Assembly (NCBI GenBank): GCA_903840315.1
Contig: CAIMFK010000012.1
Span: 16,186 to 80,185 of the forward strand
Direction of reading: 5' to 3'
Length of the DNA stretch: 64,000 nt
Source of the DNA: an uncultured Candidatus Saccharibacteria bacterium
Lineage (GTDB): Bacteria > Patescibacteriota > Saccharimonadia > Saccharimonadales > UBA4665
Each line of letters opens with the position of its first letter. The stretch's first letter is position 1. A program made the position numbers and the translations under genes. The notes under the pieces were generated by a model that was not told the origin of the DNA, searched no databases, and worked only from the letters and a program-made list of their open reading frames with translations. Shown piece after piece: positions 50,718-60,245 of this stretch.

Positions 50718-52202
50718 TTATAGCGAATTTATTTGATCGCGAATAATTTTTTGTGCAATTCCAGGGTTAGCTTTACCATTACTCGCTTTCATTACTTGAC
50801 CCACCAAGAAACCAATTGCCTTAACTTCTCCTGCCTTAAAATCCTCTACTGCCTTCATGTTGTTGTCAATTATATCGGCAATAATTTCAGATAATTCATC
50901 CTGATTTGAATTCTGCGATAGTCCTTTTTCAGAAGCGTACTTAGATATATCAGATATTTCCGTATCAGAAGTCAATATGGCAATTATTAGATCTTGAGCA
51001 CCGTTAGAACTTAAACTTCCCGCTTCTACTAATTTATATACTTCTGTATATTGGGATGCTCTTGTTGAATCATCCAATACTTTTAGTTCAGGCTTATTCT
51101 TTCTCAAAGGAATCTCTATATTAATTATCCAGTTAGATATTTTTTTTAGTTTTTCAGGATTGTCTAAATAATTTTTGATGACTGAAAGGTAGCTTACTGT
51201 TGGGCTTTCAACTTCACTCTCAAGCAATAATTCAATTTGAGCATGGTCAAGCTTAGCCTTGCTAAGGCTTGATCGCCATACTTTTGGCATTTTCGGCATC
51301 GAAGCTTCAATTGAATCAATATATTCATCACTTAATGTTACAGGTGGCAAATCAGGCTCAGGGAAATAACGATAGTCATTCGCATCTTCTTTAGTTCTTT
51401 GAGAGAAGGTTCTTTGCTTTGCATCATCAAAGCCTCTTGTTTCCTGAACAATTTTTTCTCCTTTTTCGAGAAGCTCAACCTGACGCTTAATTTCATATTC
51501 AACAGCTTTTTCTACACTTCTAAAGCTGTTTAAGTTTTTTGTTTCGCTTCTAGTACCAAGCTTATCATCCTTTGAGACACTAACATTAACATCAAAGCGC
51601 ATGTTGCCGTAATAAAGGTTAGCGTCAGAAACATCTGCAAATAGCATCAGTAAATGAAGTTCAGTCGCATAAGCTTTGGCTTCGGCGGCACTATGAATAT
51701 CTGGTTCGGAAACAATTTCAAGCAATGGTGTGCCTGCACGATTCAAATCAACAACAGAATAATCCTTACCAGCTTCATGCGAGCTCTTACCTGCATCCTC
51801 TTCTAAATGAGCTCTTGTTATACCTATATCTTTAGTTTCGCCGTCAACAGAAATGCTTACTTTTCCGCCCAAAATTATAGGAGCTTCGAACTGAGTTATT
51901 TGATAGCCTTTTGGAAGATCGGGATAAAAATAATGTTTTCTATCAAAATGTGAATTATTTTGAGGCCTAGAATTAAGAGCAAAACCTGCTCTTGAAGCAA
52001 GCACTAAAGCCTCGGAATTAAGTACTGGCAGTGAACCTGGTAGCCCGAAACAAATGTGACTAACAAGTGTGTTAGGCGCAGCATCACGAGCATCGTTATC
52101 TACACCAGCGAATAATTTAGTTTTGGTCTTGAGTTGAACATGGCACTCAATACCAATTGTTGGCATGTAGCCCTTATACAAATACTTATTTACTTTTGTC
52201 AT
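50718..52202 (-). CDS. gatB: Asp/Glu-tRNA amidotransferase subunit B
   Basis: 494 aa, Y.P.IG.E.HVQL, full GatB plus YqeY-like tail. AGGAG lies 9 nt before ATG 52202. Confidence 0.96.
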   Translation of the reverse strand: MTKVNKYLYKGYMPTIGIECHVQLKTKTKLFAGVDNDARDAAPNTLVSHICFGLPGSLPVLNSEALVLASRAGFALNSRPQNNSHFDRKHYFYPDLPKGYQITQFEAPIILGGKVSISVDGETKDIGITRAHLEEDAGKSSHEAGKDYSVVDLNRAGTPLLEIVSEPDIHSAAEAKAYATELHLLMLFADVSDANLYYGNMRFDVNVSVSKDDKLGTRSETKNLNSFRSVEKAVEYEIKRQVELLEKGEKIVQETRGFDDAKQRTFSQRTKEDANDYRYFPEPDLPPVTLSDEYIDSIEASMPKMPKVWRSSLSKAKLDHAQIELLLESEVESPTVSYLSVIKNYLDNPEKLKKISNWIINIEIPLRKNKPELKVLDDSTRASQYTEVYKLVEAGSLSSNGAQDLIIAILTSDTEISDISKYASEKGLSQNSNQDELSEIIADIIDNNMKAVEDFKAGEVKAIGFLVGQVMKASNGKANPGIAQKIIRDQINSL

Positions 52203-52602
52203 TTGGCAATGCTCCTAAATCCTGAAGTGCTTTTTTGAAACTAGTTAATGCAGATAAAGTATCTTTCTTATTGAGTCTAGTCTTAGGGTTGCTATCTAAT
52301 TTATTTCTTAATTTGTGAGCAAACCATAATCCGTCATTATCCTTGATGTATCTTTGTGCCGAAACCATTCTCTCTCCCATAGATTTGCCCTTAAAGTGTC
52401 TTTTTTTAAGTGCTTCATCGAAAAGCTCATCTGCATCAGTAATAGAATTAATCCATGTTGATTTATCTGCAAGTAATTTTTGCAATTCTTTCCACTCCTG
52501 ATAAAAATATTTTTTATTGATTCTTATTGGCTTAAATTTCCAGCCTAAAAATGAAGCAATAATTATCAAAAGAGCGATCCCCGCATATTCAAAGATACCC
52601 AT
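52186..52602 (-). CDS. Hypothetical single-TM protein embedded between gatA and gatB
   Basis: 138 aa. N-terminal TM (GIALLIIIASFLGW) plus a basic helical domain. TAATG overlap with gatA and 17-nt overlap with gatB. Confidence 0.65.
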   Translation of the reverse strand: MGIFEYAGIALLIIIASFLGWKFKPIRINKKYFYQEWKELQKLLADKSTWINSITDADELFDEALKKRHFKGKSMGERMVSAQRYIKDNDGLWFAHKLRNKLDSNPKTRLNKKDTLSALTSFKKALQDLGALPNDKSK

Positions 52603-54023
52603 TATGATAATTCCTCAATCTTTCTAGCCGCTCCAAGCAATGATCTATCCTGCTTTTGAGCTGCCATAAGCTGAACCGCTACAGGCAACTCATTTTTCAT
52701 ATCAATAGGTATGGTTATTGAGGGAATTCCAGCTAGGTTTGGAGCCACAGTCATTACATCAGAAAGATACATTGCAAGCGGGTCATTAGATTTCTCGCCA
52801 ATTTTGAAAGCTTGAGTTGGAGCAACAGGACCTAGTAAGAAATCAACAGTTTTAAATGCATTTTCAAAATCTTTTACAATTTTAGTTCTTACCAATTGAG
52901 CCTTTTTATAATATGCATCGTAATAGCCACTGCTAAGTACATAAGTTCCGATAATAATTCTTCGCTTCGCTTCTTTTCCAAAACCACGAGCGCGACTTTC
53001 AGAATAACTTTCCTTTAGGTCGGTGGCCTTGTCAAAACTATATCCAAATCTTTGCCCATCATATCGAGATAAGTTTGAACTTACTTCTGCGGGACACAAA
53101 ATATAATATACAGCTAACGCTGATGGCAAAATTGGCAAACTAATGTCCACAATCTCAGCTCCAGCAGCTTTTAGCTTTATAATTAGATTTTCAATTGATT
53201 CTTTAATATCTTTATTTAAGCTGTCATCGAAATATTCTTTTACTAATCCAATTTTTTTACCTTTTAGATCAGAATCTAAGCTTACGTAACCCAAAGTATC
53301 TTTTTCGATAGTTGTCGAATCTAGTAGATCTCGACCTGACATGATATCTAAAATAAGGCTAGCTTCACCGACAGTTTTTGTCATTGGACCAATACAATCA
53401 AGACTGCTGGCCATTGCAACAACTCCACTTCTTGAAACCAATCCATATGTAGGTTTAAGTCCGACACATCCACTAAATGATGCTGGTTGCCTAATTGATC
53501 CGCCAGTATCGGTTCCAAGCGAAAATGGTGCGAGGCCCAAAACTACAGATGATGCAGATCCACCTGAACTTCCACCTGGGACTCTCGTTTTATCGTGAGG
53601 ATTTTTAGTAACCATAAAATCACTATTCTCAGTTGAAGCTCCATGCGCAAAGGCATCTAGATTTGCTTTTGCTACACAGATTGCTCCCTCAGCTTCCAGC
53701 TTCTCAATTGCACTTGCCTGATAGGGCGCATTAAATCCCTTAAGAATATTACTTGCTGCAGTAGTTTCGGAACCAAAAGTCAAAAAGTTATCTTTAGCAA
53801 TAAATGGAACTCCGGCGAGTCTTCCCATGTTTTTTCCTGCCTTAACTCCATCATCAATTAATTGGGCTCTTTCAATGGCTCGTTCTTTTGTAATTGATAT
53901 AATTGCATTATATTCTTTAGCATCTTCTATTCTAGATAATGATTCATTGACCAAATCTAATGCCGATTTTGTACCATCATTCACAGAAAGAGCTATCTTA
54001 GCAATGTTGTCCCAGGACTTCAT
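52602..54023 (-). CDS. gatA: Glutamyl-tRNA(Gln) amidotransferase subunit A
   Basis: 473 aa, amidase signature GGSSGGSA...GTDTGGSIRQPA. Confidence 0.97.
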   Translation of the reverse strand: MKSWDNIAKIALSVNDGTKSALDLVNESLSRIEDAKEYNAIISITKERAIERAQLIDDGVKAGKNMGRLAGVPFIAKDNFLTFGSETTAASNILKGFNAPYQASAIEKLEAEGAICVAKANLDAFAHGASTENSDFMVTKNPHDKTRVPGGSSGGSASSVVLGLAPFSLGTDTGGSIRQPASFSGCVGLKPTYGLVSRSGVVAMASSLDCIGPMTKTVGEASLILDIMSGRDLLDSTTIEKDTLGYVSLDSDLKGKKIGLVKEYFDDSLNKDIKESIENLIIKLKAAGAEIVDISLPILPSALAVYYILCPAEVSSNLSRYDGQRFGYSFDKATDLKESYSESRARGFGKEAKRRIIIGTYVLSSGYYDAYYKKAQLVRTKIVKDFENAFKTVDFLLGPVAPTQAFKIGEKSNDPLAMYLSDVMTVAPNLAGIPSITIPIDMKNELPVAVQLMAAQKQDRSLLGAARKIEELS

Positions 54024-54317
54024 CTAACCAATCATCCTCATAACCTTAATCTGGCCGTCCTTACTTTCTGGCAAGTTAGACATTAAAAGCTCTTTATCTA
54101 CCTTGTAATCCATTTTGACATCATCGCGTGTTACATTCTTTAATCCTGTAACCTGATATGTTGGCTCAAGTCCTTCTACATCGATTTTGTCCAGATGGCT
54201 AACATAATCAAGAATAGTACTAAGCTCTGATGAAAACTCAACTAATTCTTCTTTTGATAGCTTAAGCCGGGCCAAGTTGGCCAATTTTAATATTTCTTCT
54301 TGTGAAATTTTTACCAT
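54024..54317 (-). CDS. gatC: Asp/Glu-tRNA amidotransferase subunit C
   Basis: 97 aa, ..KLA.LARL.L..EE......L..IL.YV. Immediately precedes gatA. Confidence 0.93.
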   Translation of the reverse strand: MVKISQEEILKLANLARLKLSKEELVEFSSELSTILDYVSHLDKIDVEGLEPTYQVTGLKNVTRDDVKMDYKVDKELLMSNLPESKDGQIKVMRMIG

Positions 54318-54353
54318 ATTTTATATAAATATATCAGACAATTGCTAATCTGT

Positions 54354-56318
54354 TTAGCCCTTAGATTTAATATCTTCAATTATGTCTCTTAGCTCAGCCG
54401 CCTTTTCAAATTCCAAATTAGCTGAAGCAAGTTCCATTTGCCCAGTTAGATCTTTTATTATTGATCCATATTCATCTTTTGGAATCTTTTTCAAATTCAA
54501 AAGTACAGTCTTAGCCTCTTCAGGCAAATCTGGCCTCATTCCCTTGTCTATTTCCTTTAAAATTCCTTCAGGAGTAATATTGTGATCTGTATTATATTGT
54601 GTTTGTATCTCTCTTCTCCTATTAGTCTCTCCGATGGCTTTTTCCATGCTTCCAGTTATATTATCTGCAAACATAATCACTCTGCCTTCAACATGTCTTG
54701 CAGCTCTACCAATTGTTTGAATTAATGCCTGAGAACTACGCAAAAATCCTTCTTTATCTGCATCCATAATTGCCACAAGTGCAACCTCGGGTAAATCTAA
54801 CCCTTCTCTAAGCAAATTAATGCCAACTAGAACATCATAAACACCTAATCTCAAATCCCTTAATATATCCGTTCTATTTAGCGTCTCTATGTCACTATGA
54901 ATATATGCAACCTTAATTCCTAGATTTTTGAGATATTCGCTCAAATCTTCGCTCATTCTTTTTGTAAGTGTTGTTACTAAAACTCTTTGATGTTTAGCGA
55001 TGGTCTTATTGATTTCATCTACAAGCACGTCAATTTGCCCTGCAATTGGTTTAATCTCAATCATTGGATCAATTAGTCCCGTAGGCCTAATAACTTGCTG
55101 GGCAGGCTCAGGGCTTCTTGAAAGTTCATATTCTCCAGGTGTGGCACTCACATAAATTACTCTGTTGACATGTCTCTCGAACTCCGTAAATGTAAGTGGT
55201 CTATTATCTAGCGCTGATGGGAGCCTAAATCCATGCTCTACTAAAGTTTCTTTGCGTGCCCTATCTCCGTTATACATTCCTCTTAGTTGAGGTAATGTCA
55301 TATGTGATTCATCGATCATCATTAGAAAATCATCTGGAAAATAATCAAGTAGTGTTGCAGGTTGTTCACCTGGTTCCCGATTAGTTAAATACCTTGAATA
55401 ATTCTCAATTCCTTTTACGAATCCGGTTTCAGCTAGCATTTCTAGATCAAATCGAGTTCTTTGGGCTAATCTTTGAGCTTCAATAAGTTTGTTTTCTTTT
55501 TTGAATTGTGAAACCCTTTCATCTAATTCATTCTCAATATTTACAAGTGCTGACTTCAATTTATCGTATGGAGTTACATAATGACTTCCTGGGAAAATTG
55601 TTACGAATTTAGGTTTAGATAATATTTCTCCAGTCAGCGGGTCTATTTGAGTAATTCTTTCAACCTGATCGCCGAAGAATTCAATTCTATATGCTAATTC
55701 TTCAGAAGCTGGGAAAATATCTACAACGTCTCCACGAACCCTGAAGGTTGATCTGTGAAAATCTATGTCATTTCTTTGATACTGGATATCTGTTAATTGT
55801 CGCATTAATTTATCTCGGACTCTTTTTTCACCTTCAACAATTCGAATCGAGAGATCGCCATAATCTTCAACTGAACCAATGCCATATATGCAACTAACAC
55901 TAGCTATTATTAAGACATCTTTTCTGCTCAAAAGCGCATCAGTTGCAGCGTGCCTTAACCTGTCTATCTCTTCGTTGATTTGAGAATCCTTCTCTATATA
56001 AGTATCACTTCTCGCTATATATGCTTCAGGCTGATAGTAATCAAAATAACTTACAAAGTAATGAACAGCATTGTCGGGAAAGAATCGCTTAAATTCGTTA
56101 TATAGTTGAGCAGCAAGAGTCTTGTTGTGGGAAAGTATAAGAGTTGGTTTTTGAATCTCCTGAATTACATTTGCCATAGTAAATGTTTTACCCGACCCAG
56201 TCACACCAAGTAGAGTCTGTTCTTTTTGACCATCATTTATGCCTTTAACCAACTTGGCTATTGCACTCGGCTGATCACCGGTAGGCTGAAACTGACTCTT
56301 TAATTGAAACTTTGACAT
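54354..56318 (-). CDS. uvrB: Excinuclease ABC subunit B
   Basis: 654 aa, [19 protein letters not shown], beta-hairpin region, C-terminal UVR domain ([10 protein letters not shown]). Confidence 0.98.
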   Translation of the reverse strand: MSKFQLKSQFQPTGDQPSAIAKLVKGINDGQKEQTLLGVTGSGKTFTMANVIQEIQKPTLILSHNKTLAAQLYNEFKRFFPDNAVHYFVSYFDYYQPEAYIARSDTYIEKDSQINEEIDRLRHAATDALLSRKDVLIIASVSCIYGIGSVEDYGDLSIRIVEGEKRVRDKLMRQLTDIQYQRNDIDFHRSTFRVRGDVVDIFPASEELAYRIEFFGDQVERITQIDPLTGEILSKPKFVTIFPGSHYVTPYDKLKSALVNIENELDERVSQFKKENKLIEAQRLAQRTRFDLEMLAETGFVKGIENYSRYLTNREPGEQPATLLDYFPDDFLMMIDESHMTLPQLRGMYNGDRARKETLVEHGFRLPSALDNRPLTFTEFERHVNRVIYVSATPGEYELSRSPEPAQQVIRPTGLIDPMIEIKPIAGQIDVLVDEINKTIAKHQRVLVTTLTKRMSEDLSEYLKNLGIKVAYIHSDIETLNRTDILRDLRLGVYDVLVGINLLREGLDLPEVALVAIMDADKEGFLRSSQALIQTIGRAARHVEGRVIMFADNITGSMEKAIGETNRRREIQTQYNTDHNITPEGILKEIDKGMRPDLPEEAKTVLLNLKKIPKDEYGSIIKDLTGQMELASANLEFEKAAELRDIIEDIKSKG

Positions 56319-56350
56319 TTTTATATTATAACAGGGAAAATAAAGGCTTC

Positions 56351-56989
56351 CTAGCCTGCTCTAGGTGGTTCAATATTAGTATCCAAAAACCAATGCTCAT
56401 TGTATTTGTTTATGTCTTTCTGAAGATCCTTATATTTTGAATCCAAAATCGAGATGATCTTTCCTACTAATTTTTCTGGATCTTCATCATAAACAACAAG
56501 ATTGTGGTGCGGAGGCTCAAGTATATCCATCAAGGAGGGAATTAAATCCGCAGTTCCACCACTTCCTATTAATATTCCACATGGTTTTCCTGCCTCAAGT
56601 GCCGAAGTAAACTCGTGCAAGCTACCAAATCTTCCACCTATTGTAATAAGAGCATCAGATGACTGAACCAAATATAAGTCACGTCCAACATAGTGAAGAC
56701 CAGTGAAATTAACAAAATCATAGCAGTCATATGGAAGTTTGTATTTTCTTATGTGTTCCATAAGGCTCGCCGCAGGAGAGAATCCAATACTAACCCCGCC
56801 AGCTTGTCTGTTTGCGCTAGCTGCATAATAAGGCAGTCCCACTGTAGCTCCAGTCGTTAAGATATGGCCAGATTCAGCTATAGCCTTACCTAACTCAATT
56901 GCTTCCTTGTAAGACTTCTTAACTGTAACTCCTGCTGCTGCACCGGATACACAAATTGAATATCTTAGTTCTGTAATTTCTTTGCTCAT
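56351..56989 (-). CDS. SLOG-superfamily protein, TIGR00725/LOG-like
   Basis: 212 aa. [18 protein letters not shown] and [12 protein letters not shown] sit in the positions of the LOG GGGxGxM and PGGxGTxxE motifs. The ATG directly follows the TAA of the upstream ORF. Confidence 0.7.
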   Translation of the reverse strand: MSKEITELRYSICVSGAAAGVTVKKSYKEAIELGKAIAESGHILTTGATVGLPYYAASANRQAGGVSIGFSPAASLMEHIRKYKLPYDCYDFVNFTGLHYVGRDLYLVQSSDALITIGGRFGSLHEFTSALEAGKPCGILIGSGGTADLIPSLMDILEPPHHNLVVYDEDPEKLVGKIISILDSKYKDLQKDINKYNEHWFLDTNIEPPRAG

Positions 56990-58249
56990 TTAAAATCCAA
57001 AAACCGGACTTAAGCTTAGCCCCTCGGAGTCCTGACCTTCAATTAATTTATCATCAAGCTGATTAGCGATAGATTCCTCAAGTGATTTCTCGGAAATATA
57101 TCTCAGTATTAGTTCTGTCCATAAAGTTTCTCTAAAATACTCCAAGCTTCTATTTTTGAAATCTAGATTATTTACTGCATTAATACATACATCCTTAATG
57201 TTGAATGACACGACTTCGCTTAGATCTTTACTCGCAACGATTTCACTTCCATCCCAAAAATCCAAACCTGGACCGATAGTACTTAATATATTTTCAATAT
57301 TTAGCAACCCCAGATCCTCACTTTGAACATGAGGGTCAAAAATTTCAACTGGGAATTTTTCAATGTTACGGTTATAAAATTTCTGGATTATATGCCAAGG
57401 TATTTCTTGACCAGCTACGGATGCAAGTAAATCTGGATTACCCAGCAATACATTACATATTATTTCACCAAATTTCTCTTTTACTTGTTGCAACTTAGAG
57501 AATACGCTGTGAACTCTAATAGAGTTAATGCCGTCCAATGCAAAAATAAGAGTGGCGGAAGAAAGGCCTCTAATTGTCTCTGTTAAAGGTAATATAACGA
57601 CTCCGCCAAGTTCCTTGGATACCATTACAGTACTATGATTGAGATTCAATAAATCATTGGATAGATTCGACCAACTTTTAGTTTTTCTGGGCTCAAATAT
57701 TTCTATTTTTCTCTCTTCAAAGTCGCTTGGAGTTAATTTTTTATACATTTCATAATATTGAGATTTCCAATTTTCTGATTCCACACACAAAGCAGCCGAT
57801 AAAATTATTGCAACAGGCTCCCTTTTAATTATTGAATCAACTGAACGATAGCCAAGCTTCTTTAATAATATTTTTGGTGGCACTTTTTGCAATTGTCTCT
57901 TAACTACACTGTGTTTTAATACGAAACAATTTCTATCCGATGTAATATTTTTCAAATTGGTTATAATTTTGGAATTTATATTACTATTGCCATCGAATTG
58001 GTTGATTGCTAAATCAATACGATCAGAATCTGACAAGAATTTATGATTAAGGCCGGCATAAATTTCCTGATTAGTTGAATCCATTGGATCAAACCCAAGA
58101 TCACGGATTTTATGCCTAGATTTATTTTCGATATCTAATGATAATTTTATGTCTATTCCTGGACTGAAAGTCGAATTTTCTAAAGCTCTAATGGTGGCAA
58201 GAAAACTGACATTATTTACTCCTAAATATTCTGACAACTTCCTAGACAT
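56990..58249 (-). CDS. Hypothetical protein, 419 aa, no recognisable family
   Basis: Long uninterrupted ORF, co-directional with its neighbours. Its stop abuts the start of the SLOG gene. No TM segment, no motif I can name. Confidence 0.7.
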   Translation of the reverse strand: MSRKLSEYLGVNNVSFLATIRALENSTFSPGIDIKLSLDIENKSRHKIRDLGFDPMDSTNQEIYAGLNHKFLSDSDRIDLAINQFDGNSNINSKIITNLKNITSDRNCFVLKHSVVKRQLQKVPPKILLKKLGYRSVDSIIKREPVAIILSAALCVESENWKSQYYEMYKKLTPSDFEERKIEIFEPRKTKSWSNLSNDLLNLNHSTVMVSKELGGVVILPLTETIRGLSSATLIFALDGINSIRVHSVFSKLQQVKEKFGEIICNVLLGNPDLLASVAGQEIPWHIIQKFYNRNIEKFPVEIFDPHVQSEDLGLLNIENILSTIGPGLDFWDGSEIVASKDLSEVVSFNIKDVCINAVNNLDFKNRSLEYFRETLWTELILRYISEKSLEESIANQLDDKLIEGQDSEGLSLSPVFGF

Positions 58250-58296
58250 ATCTATATCAAGATTAACATAAGCAAGTTTTATATTGAAGAATTAAC

Positions 58297-59295
58297 TCAA
58301 AAATCTGATGGTTTGTACCAATCTGGAGCTTTTTTTAAATATTCTTCAAGGTGATGTTCATTCAATAAACCCTCTTGTGCTCCAATCTTCTGAACAACAG
58401 TCATTGAATTTATTGGTGCCCATTGAAGTGCGCCTTCCATATCGTTACCCTTAATGATTGCTGACACGAATGTGGACGTAAAAGCATCGCCCGCTCCAGT
58501 TCTTTCAAATGGTGGTGCTATATCAGGGTATGCTGGCATTTTTAATCTTCTATTGCCATCGCTTGCGTAAGCTCCATCAGGTCCATCAGTGATAACAACC
58601 ATTTTAGGACCAAGTTGGTGTAATCGATCTAATAAATCGTGTAAATTATTATAATCACCACCGGAAACAGTTACGGCTTCCTCTCGGTTTAGTATAAGAA
58701 CCTCGGTTCTTGCATAGATTCTTTTGAGCCTTTCTACTCCGGCTTTCATTTGGAATGTTCCTGGATTAAAAGCTAATCGAACATTAGGATTAGCATCTAA
58801 CCAATCAGAAATCTGATCGTGAAAATCTATTGCATGCTCGCTAATAGATGACAAATATATCCACTTCGGAATCTCATCGGAACGTATGTGTGGCCAGTGA
58901 TAATTGTAGTCTTCATGTTTGATGAGAATCGTTCTCTCGCTCTTATACCAAAGAACATAGTGATAGTTACTCTTTTTTGCAGAATTAACCCTTATAAAAG
59001 TAGTGTCAACCTTATTCTTTTCAAGAGCTGCAATCATATCTCGGCCATGCTGATCTCCGCCAACATTTGCAATTAGACCACTCTTAAGTCCCAGTCTTGC
59101 AAAAGCCACAGAAGCATTTGAAGAATTGCCTACTGCTTCAACAATATATGCATCATCAAAAGGTATTTTCATGCCGTATTGCATTGCTAACCATTTACCC
59201 TCGTGATCTTCATAAGTACGAGCCTTATCATCGAATAACTTAATAAAAGCATCCGTAACAATATCGCCCACACTTATTACATCAATGTTGTTCAT
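58297..59295 (-). CDS. PfkB-family carbohydrate/nucleoside kinase
   Basis: 332 aa, N-terminal VGDIV.D, GG...N, C-terminal TGAGDAF anion-hole motif. Confidence 0.88.
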   Translation of the reverse strand: MNNIDVISVGDIVTDAFIKLFDDKARTYEDHEGKWLAMQYGMKIPFDDAYIVEAVGNSSNASVAFARLGLKSGLIANVGGDQHGRDMIAALEKNKVDTTFIRVNSAKKSNYHYVLWYKSERTILIKHEDYNYHWPHIRSDEIPKWIYLSSISEHAIDFHDQISDWLDANPNVRLAFNPGTFQMKAGVERLKRIYARTEVLILNREEAVTVSGGDYNNLHDLLDRLHQLGPKMVVITDGPDGAYASDGNRRLKMPAYPDIAPPFERTGAGDAFTSTFVSAIIKGNDMEGALQWAPINSMTVVQKIGAQEGLLNEHHLEEYLKKAPDWYKPSDF

Positions 59296-59333
59296 TGATA
59301 CTATTTTTGCATAAGCACAATCAATTTAGCAAA

Positions 59334-60245
59334 TTAAATACGAGCTTTTCCGGCCGAATTAAACATATCAATTTTGTCTTCGACTACTTTAGATACAGCC
59401 TTAATAACTTTATCCATAAGCTTAATTACGGCATATTCATCAGGATTATCTTTTAGCTGCTTCTCAAGGGTAGTTCTGTAAGCCACTCGCATATCTGAAT
59501 TAATATTAATTTTCGTTACACCAATTTCAACTGCGCTTTTAAAATAGTGTCCTGGAGTACCACTACCACCGTGTAATGATATGTGACATCCAATAGAATC
59601 TCGGATTGTCTTTAGTAAATCTAAATCTAATTTTTTTGGAACTGGATATTTGCCATGTAGATTACCAACAGCTGCTGCAAAAGTATCAATCCCTGTTGCA
59701 TTGATAAAATAGGATGCATTTTCAGGAGTAGAAAAAGTCTTCCTTATCTCTTCATAGTCTATTTTTTCTTTATGAAGATTAGAACTTCCTCCAAAATAGT
59801 GTGGCTCGCTTTCAACAATCGCTCCAGTAAATTTGGCGTATTCAACAACTTCCCTAGTAGCATTTATTATGTCTTCTTCTGTTGCATCATGATTGGCCTG
59901 TGAAATATCTATGTGAATAAATTCAAATCCAGCGTTGATGCCAGCCTTACAGGCATCAACAGATGGAGAATGATCCAAGTTTATATACATTTCTATTCCA
60001 AAGGCATCTTTGAAGTTGGTTACCATATCTCTCACATTATCCAAGCCCATGGAATCAACTTCACCCTGACTAACCTCAACTAGAACTGGAGCATTTTTAT
60101 TTTTAGCAGCCAAAGATACTGCATTCAACGTAGCTTGATCATCGATATTAAAAGCACCAAGTGCAAAATGTTCGTTCTTTGCTCGTTCATAAGTTTCTCT
60201 GGCCTTTTTTGTATTTTTGCGAATTTCATTTAATGTTAATGGCAT
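59334..60245 (-). CDS. fba: Class II fructose/tagatose-bisphosphate aldolase
   Basis: 303 aa, ALGAFNI, NLDHS, HGGSG, typical class II FBA layout. Confidence 0.9.
   Translation of the reverse strand: MPLTLNEIRKNTKKARETYERAKNEHFALGAFNIDDQATLNAVSLAAKNKNAPVLVEVSQGEVDSMGLDNVRDMVTNFKDAFGIEMYINLDHSPSVDACKAGINAGFEFIHIDISQANHDATEEDIINATREVVEYAKFTGAIVESEPHYFGGSSNLHKEKIDYEEIRKTFSTPENASYFINATGIDTFAAAVGNLHGKYPVPKKLDLDLLKTIRDSIGCHISLHGGSGTPGHYFKSAVEIGVTKININSDMRVAYRTTLEKQLKDNPDEYAVIKLMDKVIKAVSKVVEDKIDMFNSAGKARI

Noticed and set aside
56319-56350. Looked for LexA/SOS boxes upstream of uvrB (and of recG, radA and dnaE).
   Set aside because: No CGAAC-N4-GTTCG or CTGT-N8-ACAG type palindrome was found. Only AT-rich -10-like sequence is present.
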